DNA from: an uncultured Acidobacteriota bacterium
GTDB taxonomy: Bacteria; Acidobacteriota; Thermoanaerobaculia; UBA5066; DATFVB01
Assembly: GCA_963813155.1 (NCBI GenBank)
Contig: CAWEYG010000003.1
Span: 96,001 to 160,000, forward strand
Direction of reading: 5' to 3'
DNA length: 64,000 bases
In this document: positions 49,257 through 58,471 of the stretch, one piece after another
Numbering within the stretch: the stretch's first letter is position 1
How the letters are laid out: the number at the start of each line of letters is the position of its first letter
Position numbers and translations under genes: made by a program
The notes under the pieces: generated by a model
Databases searched by the model: none
What the model was told of the DNA's origin: nothing
Seen by the model: the letters and a program-made list of their open reading frames with translations, nothing else

Positions 49257-49862
49257 ATGCATCGTCATCCAGCGTTTCGTTCTCGCCCTGCGCTCGCCCA
49301 GTTCGCCAAGAGTGGTTCATGGGAGACCGCTTTTTCCTTTGATCATCTGTGCGTCCCGACGCAGGCCGCATTGCTGGCGTTTCTCGATTCCACGGACGAA
49401 GTCGCCTTCGAGGTCTTCTTCGGTGATGCCTTCTTTGGCGTGCGCCTCGAAGGCCATGCAAGCCTCGTCGCTCAATTGTCGAGCGCCTGTGTCGAGGCAT
49501 TTTCCAGTTCACTCGATGGCACGACGTTCTTCGAGAGCCTTCAAGACGCTGGTGGCTGGAAAGGCCTTGGTCATACGATTTCATTCACAGAAATTGGCGC
49601 CGTAAACGCCTGGCGCTCCGTGGGCTCATTCCGCATGCCGCCGCCTGACCAGGCGCTACTCCATCTGCAGGAGCTATGGCCGCTCATATCCAGTACGCCA
49701 CTCGCCCACGACATCGACCACAAGAAAGCTCTCGAGTTCGCATATGAGCATCCCGTCAAGCATTGGTTTGCGCTGCCAGTCAGCCGATCCATTGCACCGC
49801 TCACCATTTCACACGCGATGCTCCGGCAGGCTCTTGAATCCGTCCTTCACCGAGAGGGCTAA
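49257..49862 (+). CDS. Cassette 5: hypothetical protein
   Basis: ORF bounded by TTAGCCCTCT (49245) and its exact complement AGAGGGCTAA (49853-49862). Confidence 0.7.
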   Translation: MHRHPAFRSRPALAQFAKSGSWETAFSFDHLCVPTQAALLAFLDSTDEVAFEVFFGDAFFGVRLEGHASLVAQLSSACVEAFSSSLDGTTFFESLQDAGGWKGLGHTISFTEIGAVNAWRSVGSFRMPPPDQALLHLQELWPLISSTPLAHDIDHKKALEFAYEHPVKHWFALPVSRSIAPLTISHAMLRQALESVLHREG

Positions 49863-49880
49863 TCCTTCCTTCAAGCGGAC
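49857..49880 (+). other. attC site 6, left half only (truncated)
   Basis: GGCTAAT-CCTTCCTT-CAAGCGGAC matches the R''/L'' pattern. No L'/R' follows before high-GC host sequence resumes. Confidence 0.6.
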
Positions 49881-49912
49881 GTGCGCGCCGAGGCTATCGC
49901 CCCCGGCGGACG

Positions 49913-50131
49913 TCAGGCGGCCGGTGTCGGCGTGTTCTCGGGGGCCGGGGCGGGCGGGGGAGGCGCGGGCGGAGCGGCCGGCGGACGCTTCGCCGCGTCG
50001 TCCTCGAATTCGGTCTTGCAGAAACAGCACTTGACCTTCGCGCCCGGGAGCGACTCGGGCCGCCAGTACGGGAACTTCTTCTTGCAAGACGGGCAGCGGA
50101 ACGTTTCGCGTTTGCCTTCGATTCCGTTCAT
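49913..50131 (-). CDS. Small MJ0042-type zinc-ribbon protein with Pro-rich tail
   Basis: FRCPSCKKKF...GAKVKCCFCKTEF followed by a PPAAPPAPPPP tail. Confidence 0.65.
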   Translation of the reverse strand: MNGIEGKRETFRCPSCKKKFPYWRPESLPGAKVKCCFCKTEFEDDAAKRPPAAPPAPPPPAPAPENTPTPAA

Positions 50132-50163
50132 CGAGGCTGATCGTAGCACTACAATTGGCCGCG

Positions 50164-51632
50164 ATGAAGCGCCTCCTGATCGCGAATCGAGGAGAGATCG
50201 CCGTGCGGATCGCGCGGACGGCGCGGGAGCGCGGCGTCGAGACCGTCGCGGTGTATTCGACGGCCGACCGCGAAGCGCCGCACGCGCTCGCGTGCGATTT
50301 CGCCGTCGAGATCGGTCCGCCTCGAGCCTCGGAGTCGTACCTGTCTTTCGAGAAGATCCTGGATGCCGCGCGCCGCACGAAGGCCGACGCGATTCACCCG
50401 GGCTACGGCTTTCTGTCGGAGAACGCGGACTTCGCGGAGGCGGTCGGGTCGGCCGGGCTCACGTGGGTCGGCCCCGACCCGGCGTCGATGCGGGTCATGG
50501 GCGACAAGATCTCCGCCCGGGAGGCCATGCTTCGCGCGGGAGTGCCGGTCGTTCCCGGTTACCAGAGCCCGAACGCGACGGATTCGGATCTGGCGGCGGC
50601 GGCCGGAAGAGTCGGCTTTCCGCTCTTCGTGAAGGCGAGCGCCGGAGGCGGAGGAAAAGGGATGCGCCGGGTCGCGAGCCGCGAGGAGCTCCCGGCCGCG
50701 ATCGAAGCGGCGCGCCGGGAAGCCGTCGCGGCGTTCGGGCGGGGAGACGTGTATCTCGAGAAGGAGATCGAAGGGCCCCGCCACGTGGAATTCCAGATTT
50801 TCGGCGACCGGCGCGGCACCGTCGTCGCGCTCGCGGAGCGCGAGTGCTCGATCCAGAGACGGCACCAGAAGATCGTCGAGGAAGCGCCCTGCGCCGCTCT
50901 CGACGCCGGCCTCGAAAGAGAATGGCCGAAGCGGCCGCCGCCGCAGGCCGATCCGTGTCGTATGTAGGGGCGGGGACGGTCGAGTTTCTGCTCGACCGGA
51001 AGAAAGAGTTCTCGTTCCTCGAGATGAACACGCGCCTGCAGGTCGAGCATCCGATCACGGAGGAGACGCTCGGCATCGATCTCGTCGCCGCGCAGCTTTC
51101 GGTCGCCGACGGAGAACCGCTTCCGCCGGCATGGGAGGGCGTCGTTCCCCGAGGCCATTCCCTCGAATGCCGGGTCTCCGCCGAGGACCCCGAGACGTTC
51201 CTGCCCCGGACGGGCGACGTGCTCGCGTACGAGGAGCCGTCCGGGCCCGGAGTCCGCGTCGACTCGGGAATCGCGGAGGGGTCGGCCGTGGGCATCCACT
51301 ACGACCCGCTCCTGGCGAAGGTGATCGTTCGCGCCGAGACCCGGGGCCGCGCGATCGCGCGGATGCAGCGGGCGCTTCGAAGTTACGTGATCCTCGGCGT
51401 CGAAACGAATCTCCCGCTTCTCCGGCGCATCCTCGAGTCGGAAGAGTTTGCGTCGGGGGCGATCGACACGGCGTTCCTCTCCCGGCTGCCCCCGGCCGCG
51501 CCGCGCCCGGCCCCGCCCCCGGCGGCCGCCGCGGCGGCAAAGATCGCCGAGCAAGCGAATCCGGGAAAGTTCCGAAAGCCGGCATCCCGCCCCGATCCGT
51601 GGGCGCGCGGATCCGGCTGGAGGCTCCGATGA
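50164..51632 (+). CDS. liuD: Biotin carboxylase (MCC alpha), split by a frameshift near 50912
   Basis: LIANRGEIA, HPGYGFLSEN, GGGGKGMR and ERECSIQRRHQK in frame 1; GAGTVEF, EMNTRLQVEH and YDPLLAK in the next frame. Confidence 0.85.
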
Positions 51633-52033
51633 AGGAGTCGCCCGAAGGCGAGGCGATTCTCGTCGCGGGAAAGGTCCGCGCCCTCGACTTCGGAGGGCGA
51701 AGAGTGGCCGTGCGCGCGGTCGCGTCTCGCGGCGGCGTGCTCGTCTGGTGCGAAGGGGAGACGTATGCGTTCGGCGCGGCATCCGCGACGAGCGCGAGAC
51801 CCCGAGCGGCATCCGAGGAATCGGGCCTGAGGGCTCCGATGCCGGGCAAGATCCTCCGGGCGCTCGTCCGCGAGGGGGACGAGGTGGCGCGCGGCGCGAC
51901 GCTTCTCGTTCTCGAGGCGATGAAGATGGAGCACGAGATCAAGGCTCCGCGGGACGGCCGGGTCGCGCGGTTGCCGTTTCGCGAGGGCGACCAGGTAGAG
52001 TCGGGCGCGAAACTCGTCGAATTCGCGCCATAA
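51629..52033 (+). CDS. Biotin carboxyl carrier (biotinyl) protein
   Basis: LRAPMPGKI and LEAMKMEHEI motifs; ATGA overlap with the upstream gene. Confidence 0.88.
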   Translation: MKESPEGEAILVAGKVRALDFGGRRVAVRAVASRGGVLVWCEGETYAFGAASATSARPRAASEESGLRAPMPGKILRALVREGDEVARGATLLVLEAMKMEHEIKAPRDGRVARLPFREGDQVESGAKLVEFAP

Positions 52034-53016
52034 TGCACGCGGTGGAACGACACGACGAGTCGATCCGGCGCCCGGACTATCCGTCCCGGGTTTCGGTGTA
52101 CGAGGTCGGCCCGCGCGACGGCCTGCAGAACGAGAAAGAGACGGTCCCGACCGCGGCAAAGATCCAGTTCATCGAGAAGCTCGCCGACTCGGGGCTTTCG
52201 GCGATCGAGTTGACCTCGTTCGTCAAGCCGTCGGCGATCCCGCAGCTCGCCGACGCGGCGGAGGTCGTGAAGGGAGTTCGCCGTCGAAGCGGCGTCCGGC
52301 TTCCGGTGCTCGTGCCCAACCTCAAGGGATTCGAGGCGGCCCGCGCGGTAGGCGTGCGCGAGGTCGCCGTCTTCACGGCCGCGTCCGAAACTTTCAACCG
52401 CAAGAACATCAACTGCGGGATCGAGGAGTCGATCGAGCGCTTTCGCCCGATCGCCGCCGCCGCCGCGCAGGACAAGATTCGCATCCGCGGCTATATCTCG
52501 ACCGCGTTCGGCTGTCCGTACGAGGGGAAGATCGAGCCCGAATCGGTGCGGGAAGTCGTGCACATGCTGCTCGACCTCGGCATCGAGGAGATCTCGATTG
52601 GCGACACGATCGGCGTCGCGACGCCGAACCAGGTCTACGACGTGATCGAGACCCTCTACGCGTCGGGCGTGTCGCGCGACGTCGTTGCGCTCCATTTCCA
52701 CGACACCCGGGGGACCGCGCTCGCGAACGTCTGCGCCGGGCTGGACTGCGGCGTGACGATGTTCGATTCGTCGGCCGGAGGGCTCGGAGGCTGCCCCTAC
52801 GCTCCGGGGGCGTCGGGGAATCTCGCGACGGAAGACCTGCTCTATCTTCTTGAGGGATTGGGGATTCGAACGGACGTTTCGCTTCCGGCCGTGGTCGAGG
52901 CGAGCCTCTTCCTGGCGCGCCAGATCGGGCGAAAGCTGCCCTCGCGATACCTCGCGGCGGCGGGACTCGGAATCGGGGGGGAAGTTTCGGTTGACACCGG
53001 CGGGGGGGCGCGGTAA
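52033..53016 (+). CDS. liuE: Hydroxymethylglutaryl-CoA lyase
   Basis: EVGPRDGLQNE, AFGCPYEG, HFHDTRG and GLGGCPYAPGASGN motifs. Confidence 0.93.
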   Translation: MHAVERHDESIRRPDYPSRVSVYEVGPRDGLQNEKETVPTAAKIQFIEKLADSGLSAIELTSFVKPSAIPQLADAAEVVKGVRRRSGVRLPVLVPNLKGFEAARAVGVREVAVFTAASETFNRKNINCGIEESIERFRPIAAAAAQDKIRIRGYISTAFGCPYEGKIEPESVREVVHMLLDLGIEEISIGDTIGVATPNQVYDVIETLYASGVSRDVVALHFHDTRGTALANVCAGLDCGVTMFDSSAGGLGGCPYAPGASGNLATEDLLYLLEGLGIRTDVSLPAVVEASLFLARQIGRKLPSRYLAAAGLGIGGEVSVDTGGGAR

Positions 53017-53019
53017 ATT
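52991..53019 (+). promoter_or_regulatory. Sigma70 promoter upstream of the romR-like/valS operon
   Basis: TTGACA(52991)-N17-TAAATT(53014). Confidence 0.7.
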
Positions 53020-53076
53020 TTTTAATGACAATGGTTTCCGAGGCGAGAGAAAGCGCATGAAGGCGCGAAGGTAAAG

Positions 53077-54303
53077 ATGCCCAAATCGATTCTTCTGGCC
53101 GACGACTCGCTGACGATCCAAAAAGTCATCGAGTTGACCTTTTCGGACACGGATTACGAGCTCACCACGGTCGGCAACGGCCTGGAGGCGATCGCCGCGA
53201 TCAACCGGAGCCGCCCCGACCTCGTGATGGCGGACGTGGTCATGCCGGGAAAGAACGGCTACGAGGTCTGCGAGACGATCAAGACGAATCCTTCGCTCGC
53301 CGACATTCCGGTCATCCTCCTGTCGGGAACCTTCGAGCCGTTCGACAGCGATCGCGCCGAGCGCGCGCGGGCGAACGCGATCGTGACGAAACCGTTCGAC
53401 TCGAAGAACCTCCTGGCGCAAGTGGAATCGCTGCTCGGTTCGCGCGGTTCGCCGACGACGGTCGCGGTTCCCGTTTCCGCGGGCTCGCAGCAATCCACCG
53501 CGGAGATCCCCGCGGCGCCCGCGCCGCCGCCGTCCTCGGCCGAGACGGTCCAGATCCCCTCGACCCTGACGCCCGCGGACGGCGCCTCGTTCCGCGCCTC
53601 CTGGATCGCCGCGAAGCCCGTCGCCGAGATCGCCGAGATGACGTTCGACGGTTCCGCGGACTTTCCCGCGCCGTCCCTTCCGGACGAAAAGAAGGCGGCT
53701 CCGCCGGACGAGTCCCCGAAGCGGAAGATCGAGCCGGTGGAATTCGACATGGACGACTCTTCGCCGTTCGGCAAATCGGTCCCGAGCACGCCGTTCGCGC
53801 AGGAGCGCCCGCTCCAGGAAGTCTTCTCTCCGTTTCCGGAGCGGGACAACGTGTTCGAATTTCCGGTCTCCGAGCCCGCCGCGGGCGAGGCGGCCGCCGC
53901 TCCCGCGGGGAAGGGGCCGGGCCCCGACGACGTCACGCAGGAGATCCCTCCGCTCGCCGGTCTCTCCGAGGATGATTTTCCTCCTGAACCGATCTTTCTC
54001 CAGCCGTCGGCCGCCGAGCCGGAGCCCGCCGGGGAATCGACCGCGGCGCGGACGAACCGCGAGGAGATCGAGAATCTCGCCCAGAACGCCTCGATCTCGG
54101 ATCTTGCGAGTCTCGTGAGCCGCGTTTCGCCGCCGGCTGCGATGTCCGACGAGGACGTCGAACGGGTCGCGCGAAAGGTCGTCGAAATCCTCTCCGACAA
54201 GGCGGTGAGGGAAATCGCGTGGGAAGTCGTGCCGGACATGGCGGAAATGGTCGTGCGCAAGCGCTTGCGCGAGCTGGAAGCCGAATCCGGCGAACCCGAC
54301 TGA
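53077..54303 (+). CDS. romR: RomR-like response regulator (receiver, Pro/acidic linker, RomR-C helix)
   Basis: LLADDSLTIQKVI...ADVVMPGKNGYEVC...LSGTFEPFD receiver; low-complexity linker; C-terminal REIAWEVVPDMAEMVVR. Confidence 0.75.
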   Translation: MPKSILLADDSLTIQKVIELTFSDTDYELTTVGNGLEAIAAINRSRPDLVMADVVMPGKNGYEVCETIKTNPSLADIPVILLSGTFEPFDSDRAERARANAIVTKPFDSKNLLAQVESLLGSRGSPTTVAVPVSAGSQQSTAEIPAAPAPPPSSAETVQIPSTLTPADGASFRASWIAAKPVAEIAEMTFDGSADFPAPSLPDEKKAAPPDESPKRKIEPVEFDMDDSSPFGKSVPSTPFAQERPLQEVFSPFPERDNVFEFPVSEPAAGEAAAAPAGKGPGPDDVTQEIPPLAGLSEDDFPPEPIFLQPSAAEPEPAGESTAARTNREEIENLAQNASISDLASLVSRVSPPAAMSDEDVERVARKVVEILSDKAVREIAWEVVPDMAEMVVRKRLRELEAESGEPD

Positions 54304-54306
54304 CAA

Positions 54307-56928
54307 GTGCCCCCCTCCGCCGATCCCCTCTCGAAGACGTTCGAGCCGTCCTCCTTCGAAGAGAAACAATCCCGCCGGTGGGAGGAGGCCCGAGCCTTCG
54401 AGCCGTCCGGGAAGCCGGGCGATCCGCGCTTTTCGATCGCGATCGCCCCTCCCAACGTCACGGGAAAAATCCATATCGGACACGCTCTCGAGAACTCGCT
54501 GGCAGACGTCGTCGTGCGCTGGAAGAGGATGCAGGGGTTCCGGACGGTGTGGGTGCCCGGGATGGACCACGCCGGCATCGCGACCCAGATGGTCGTCGAG
54601 CGCGCTCTCGCGAAAGACGGCGTCGACCGCCGGGCGATCGGGCGGGAGGCCTTCGTCGAGAAGGTCTGGGAATGGAAGCGCGATTCGAAGGCCTCGATCC
54701 AGAACCAGCTGAACCGCCTCGGGTGTTCCCTCGACTGGAGCCGCGAGCGGTTCACGCTCGACGAGGGGCTGTCCCGGGCCGTTCGAAAGGTGTTCGTCGA
54801 CCTCTATCGGGACGGATTGCTCTATCGCGGGCGTTACGTCGTCAACTGGTGCCCGCGCTGCGGCACGGCGGTTTCCGATCTCGAAGTCGTCCATGTCGAA
54901 ACGAGGGGAAAGCTCTACTTCATCAAATACGACGTCGAGGGTGACTCCGTCGGCGCGATCGTCGCGACGACGCGCCCCGAGACGATGCTCGGCGACACGG
55001 CCCTCGCGATCGCGCCCGAAGATCCGCGAACGCGCCGGCTCGTCGGAAGGACCGCGATTCTCCCGATTCTGGGCCGCCGTCTGCCGGTCGTGGAGGACGA
55101 CTTCGTCGACCGGGAATTCGGTTCCGGCATCGTGAAAATCACTCCCGCGCACGACCCGAACGATTTCGCGTGCGCGACCCGACACGGCCTTCCGTCGGTG
55201 ACGGTCATCGGCCCGGACGGAAAGATGACGGCGGAGGCGGGCCCGTACGCCGGCCTCGACCGCTTCGAAGCGAGAGCGAAGGTCGTCGAGCAGCTCACCA
55301 CGGAAAAGCGGATCGTGGACGTCCAGGAGCACGTGCATTCCGTCGGACACTGCCAGAGGTGCGATACCGTGATCGAGCCGTACCTCTCGAACCAGTGGTT
55401 CGTCCGGGTCCAGCCCCTCGCGGAGCCCGCGATCCGCGCGGTCGAGGACGGCTCGATCCGGTTCGTCCCGGAGAATTGGACGAAGACGTATTTCGAGTGG
55501 ATGCGCAACATCCACGACTGGTGCATCTCCCGGCAGCTGTGGTGGGGCCACCGGATCCCGGCCTACTATTGCGACAGGGGCCACGTGATCGTCTCGGAAA
55601 CGGCGCCCGCCGCGTGCGGCGAGTGCGGCTCGGCGACCCTGACGCAGGACCCCGACGTGCTCGACACCTGGTTCTCCTCGCAGCTCTGGCCGTTCTCGGT
55701 CTTCGGCTGGCCGGAAGACACGAGCGATTTTCGCGAGTTCTATCCCACCGACTTGATCATCTCGGGATTCGACATCCTTTTTTTCTGGGACGCGCGAATG
55801 ATCATGGCGGGACTCCGCTTCACCGGGAAGCCGCCCTTTTCGTTCCTGCACCTCCACGGGCTCGTGCGCGACGAAAAGGGCGAGAAGATGTCGAAGACCC
55901 GCGGCAACGTCATTGACCCCCTCGACGTCATCGCGGAGTTCGGGGCGGACGCCGTGCGCTTCACCCTGCTTTCTCTCGCCTCCCCGGGACGGGACCTGCC
56001 GCTGGCGAAGAGCCGGATGTCGGGGTCCCGGGCCTTCCTCACGAAGCTCTGGAACGCGACGCGGTTCGTTCTGTCGCAGACCGAGGGCTCCGCCGGCGGC
56101 GGGCTCCCGGATGGACCGCTCTCGATCCTCGATCGGGGTCTCCTGGCGCGGCTCCATCAAACCGTCGAGGCGGTGGGCCGACAGCTCGAGGAGTTCCGGT
56201 TCGACCTCGCGGCGTCGAGCCTCTACGAGTTCGTGTGGAGGGATTTCTGCGACCGCCACCTGGAAATGGTCAAACCCCTCCTTTCGGGGAAGACGGGCAC
56301 CGACGCCGATCGCGAGGCCTCCCGCGGCGTCCTCGTTTCGTGCCTGCGGACGGTCGTGGCGCTGCTGCACCCGTTCGTTCCCTTCCTGACGGAGGAGATC
56401 TGGGAGCGGATCGGGGACGGCTCCCTGCTCGCCGTTTCGAAGTTCCCGGCGCCCGATCCGCGATTCGCCGACGCCGGCTCCGCGGAGACGGTGCAGCTCC
56501 TGGCCGAGCTCCTGACCCGGGTTCGCACTTTCCGCTCCGAGCGGAGCGCGACCCCGACGGAGCCGGTGGAGCTTCGGATCGTGCCGGGGTCTCCGCGCGA
56601 GGACGATCTCCGCGCGCTCGCGCCCGTCCTCACGGTGCTCGGCCGGCTGTCGGCGCTCGAGTTCGCGACGACCCAGAAGGACGATTTTCGCGACGTCGTG
56701 GCCGGCGCCTCGGTCGGCCTGAAGTTCGCCCGGAAGGAGGGCCCCGCCGACGTCGCGGGCATTCGCCGCGAGCTCGAGAAGCTCGACTCGGAAATCGAGG
56801 CGCTCTCGGACAGGCTTCAGAACCCCGACTACCTGGCGAAAGCGCCGGAAGCCGTCGTGCAGAAATCACGGCAGAGGCTCTTCGAGATGGAAAAACGGCG
56901 CGCCGCGCTCGGGGGAGGCCAGGGGTGA
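54307..56928 (+). CDS. valS: Valine--tRNA ligase
   Basis: PPNVTG..HIGH, DHAGIATQ, DWCISRQLWWGH, KMSKT and C-terminal coiled coil. Confidence 0.97.
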   Translation: MPPSADPLSKTFEPSSFEEKQSRRWEEARAFEPSGKPGDPRFSIAIAPPNVTGKIHIGHALENSLADVVVRWKRMQGFRTVWVPGMDHAGIATQMVVERALAKDGVDRRAIGREAFVEKVWEWKRDSKASIQNQLNRLGCSLDWSRERFTLDEGLSRAVRKVFVDLYRDGLLYRGRYVVNWCPRCGTAVSDLEVVHVETRGKLYFIKYDVEGDSVGAIVATTRPETMLGDTALAIAPEDPRTRRLVGRTAILPILGRRLPVVEDDFVDREFGSGIVKITPAHDPNDFACATRHGLPSVTVIGPDGKMTAEAGPYAGLDRFEARAKVVEQLTTEKRIVDVQEHVHSVGHCQRCDTVIEPYLSNQWFVRVQPLAEPAIRAVEDGSIRFVPENWTKTYFEWMRNIHDWCISRQLWWGHRIPAYYCDRGHVIVSETAPAACGECGSATLTQDPDVLDTWFSSQLWPFSVFGWPEDTSDFREFYPTDLIISGFDILFFWDARMIMAGLRFTGKPPFSFLHLHGLVRDEKGEKMSKTRGNVIDPLDVIAEFGADAVRFTLLSLASPGRDLPLAKSRMSGSRAFLTKLWNATRFVLSQTEGSAGGGLPDGPLSILDRGLLARLHQTVEAVGRQLEEFRFDLAASSLYEFVWRDFCDRHLEMVKPLLSGKTGTDADREASRGVLVSCLRTVVALLHPFVPFLTEEIWERIGDGSLLAVSKFPAPDPRFADAGSAETVQLLAELLTRVRTFRSERSATPTEPVELRIVPGSPREDDLRALAPVLTVLGRLSALEFATTQKDDFRDVVAGASVGLKFARKEGPADVAGIRRELEKLDSEIEALSDRLQNPDYLAKAPEAVVQKSRQRLFEMEKRRAALGGGQG

Positions 56929-57707
56929 TCCGCTTCTTCGACGAGCCGATCGACGTTGCCGGTTTTCGGAATCTGCGGAATTTCGTCCTCACCCCGCTTC
57001 TCCCTTCGACGAATGCGGCCGGACGCGGCTGGATCGACTACGCCGACCGCGAAGAAGTCGGCGTCGAGCCTCTTTCGATCTGCGCTCTGGAACAGACGGA
57101 GGGCCGGGGCCGGCGGGAGAGAGTGTGGCGCTCGCCCCGCGGGGGCCTGTACATGACCTTCGTCTGGAAAGTTCCTCCCGGGACGTCGCTCGCCCATGTG
57201 CCGCTCGCTGCCGCGGTCTGGGCCGCGGAAGCATGCACGAAAGCGTTCGGCCTGGCCGTCGCCCTGAAATGGCCGAATGATTTGATCTGCGGGGGAAAGA
57301 AGCTCGGCGGGATCCTGACCGAAGCGAAGACCCGGGGAGAGGACACGCACGCCGCCGTGGGATTCGGAATCAACGTGTTCGAGAACGCCGTGACCGAGGC
57401 CGAGGCTGGCGCGACGTCCGCGCAGCGCGAGTCGGCCGAACGCCCGTCGATCGCATCCGTTTTCCTGGAGCTCTGCGGGGAGTTCGACCGGTACCTCGAC
57501 AACCCGGCGAGCGCGACGGCGGTCGCGGAGTGGAGCCGCCGCACCGTTCATCGCGCCGGCGACCCGATCCGGGTTTCGCTCGATCCCGAAGGGTCCGAGC
57601 CTCCGGTGGAGGGAACCTTCGGGGGACTCACGGAAGAGGGCTTTCTCCGGCTGAAGACCGAAGCGGGCGAGCGCGTCGTCACGTCCGGAGAGGTGCGGTC
57701 GTGGTGA
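56925..57707 (+). CDS. birA: Biotin--[acetyl-CoA carboxylase] ligase (no HTH)
   Basis: STN, QTEGRGRR..W.SP, KWPND and KKLGGIL motifs. Confidence 0.9.
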   Translation: MIRFFDEPIDVAGFRNLRNFVLTPLLPSTNAAGRGWIDYADREEVGVEPLSICALEQTEGRGRRERVWRSPRGGLYMTFVWKVPPGTSLAHVPLAAAVWAAEACTKAFGLAVALKWPNDLICGGKKLGGILTEAKTRGEDTHAAVGFGINVFENAVTEAEAGATSAQRESAERPSIASVFLELCGEFDRYLDNPASATAVAEWSRRTVHRAGDPIRVSLDPEGSEPPVEGTFGGLTEEGFLRLKTEAGERVVTSGEVRSW

Positions 57708-58471
57708 GCCTCCTCGTCGTCGACGTCGGAAATACGAACACCGTCCTCGGCCTCTACGAGGGGACGGAGCTCCGCGCCGACTGGCGGCTCGCGACCCGCC
57801 GCGACGCGACGGCCGACGAGATCGGCATTTTCGTGCGCGGCCTGCTCGAATCGGCGGGCGCGAAGGTTTCCCGCGCGATCGTCGCGACGGTCGTGCCCTC
57901 TCTCCATTTCCCGTGGAAGAGCGCTTTTCGGCGCTACTTCCGCGTCGAGACGCTCTTCGTCGAGCCGGGGATCAAGACGGGAATGCCGATCCTCTACGAC
58001 AACCCGCAGGAGGTGGGAGCCGACCGGATCGTCAATGCGGTCGCGGCGTTCGAGAAGTACGGCGGCCCCTGCGTCGTCGTCGATTTCGGGACCGCGACGA
58101 CGTTCGACGTCGTGAACGCGGCGGGAGAGTACGCGGGCGGCGTGATCGTGCCGGGCGTGATGATTTCCGCCGAGGCCCTCTTCTCCCGCGCGGCGCGGCT
58201 CTCGCGAGTCGAGATCCGCAGGCCCGATCGCGTCGTCGGGACGACGACGGCGGGATCGATCCAGTCGGGGCTCTTCTTCGGCTACCTCTCGCTCGTCGAC
58301 GGGCTGATCGACCGCATCGCGGCGGAGCTGGGGACGGCGCCGGCCGTCGTCGCCACCGGAGGGCTCGCGGACCTGCTCGGCCGGGCCTCCGAAAAAATCC
58401 AGCACGTCGACCCCCATCTGACACTGGAAGGCCTTCGGCTTCTCGATGAACGAAACCGATCCCGCCGCTGA
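57704..58471 (+). CDS. coaX: Type III pantothenate kinase
   Basis: VDVGNTNT, EVGADR, VDFGTATTFD and ATGG motifs. Confidence 0.93.
   Translation: MSLLVVDVGNTNTVLGLYEGTELRADWRLATRRDATADEIGIFVRGLLESAGAKVSRAIVATVVPSLHFPWKSAFRRYFRVETLFVEPGIKTGMPILYDNPQEVGADRIVNAVAAFEKYGGPCVVVDFGTATTFDVVNAAGEYAGGVIVPGVMISAEALFSRAARLSRVEIRRPDRVVGTTTAGSIQSGLFFGYLSLVDGLIDRIAAELGTAPAVVATGGLADLLGRASEKIQHVDPHLTLEGLRLLDERNRSRR

Larger units (their letters stand above)
45551..49880 (+). mobile_element. CALIN: integron gene-cassette array without integrase
   Basis: Six attC-like sites alternate with five short co-oriented ORFs of lower GC. No intI is present in the window. Confidence 0.85.

Noticed and set aside
45551-49880. 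CRISPR array or prophage as an explanation of the repeated CAGCGG/CCGCTG motifs
   Set aside because: The repeats are imperfect palindromes separated by whole genes, which is attC architecture. No cas or phage genes are present.
51620-51640. Biotin carboxylase and biotinyl domain being one gene broken by an error
   Set aside because: A clean ATGA stop/start overlap with a GGAGG RBS directly upstream supports two genes.
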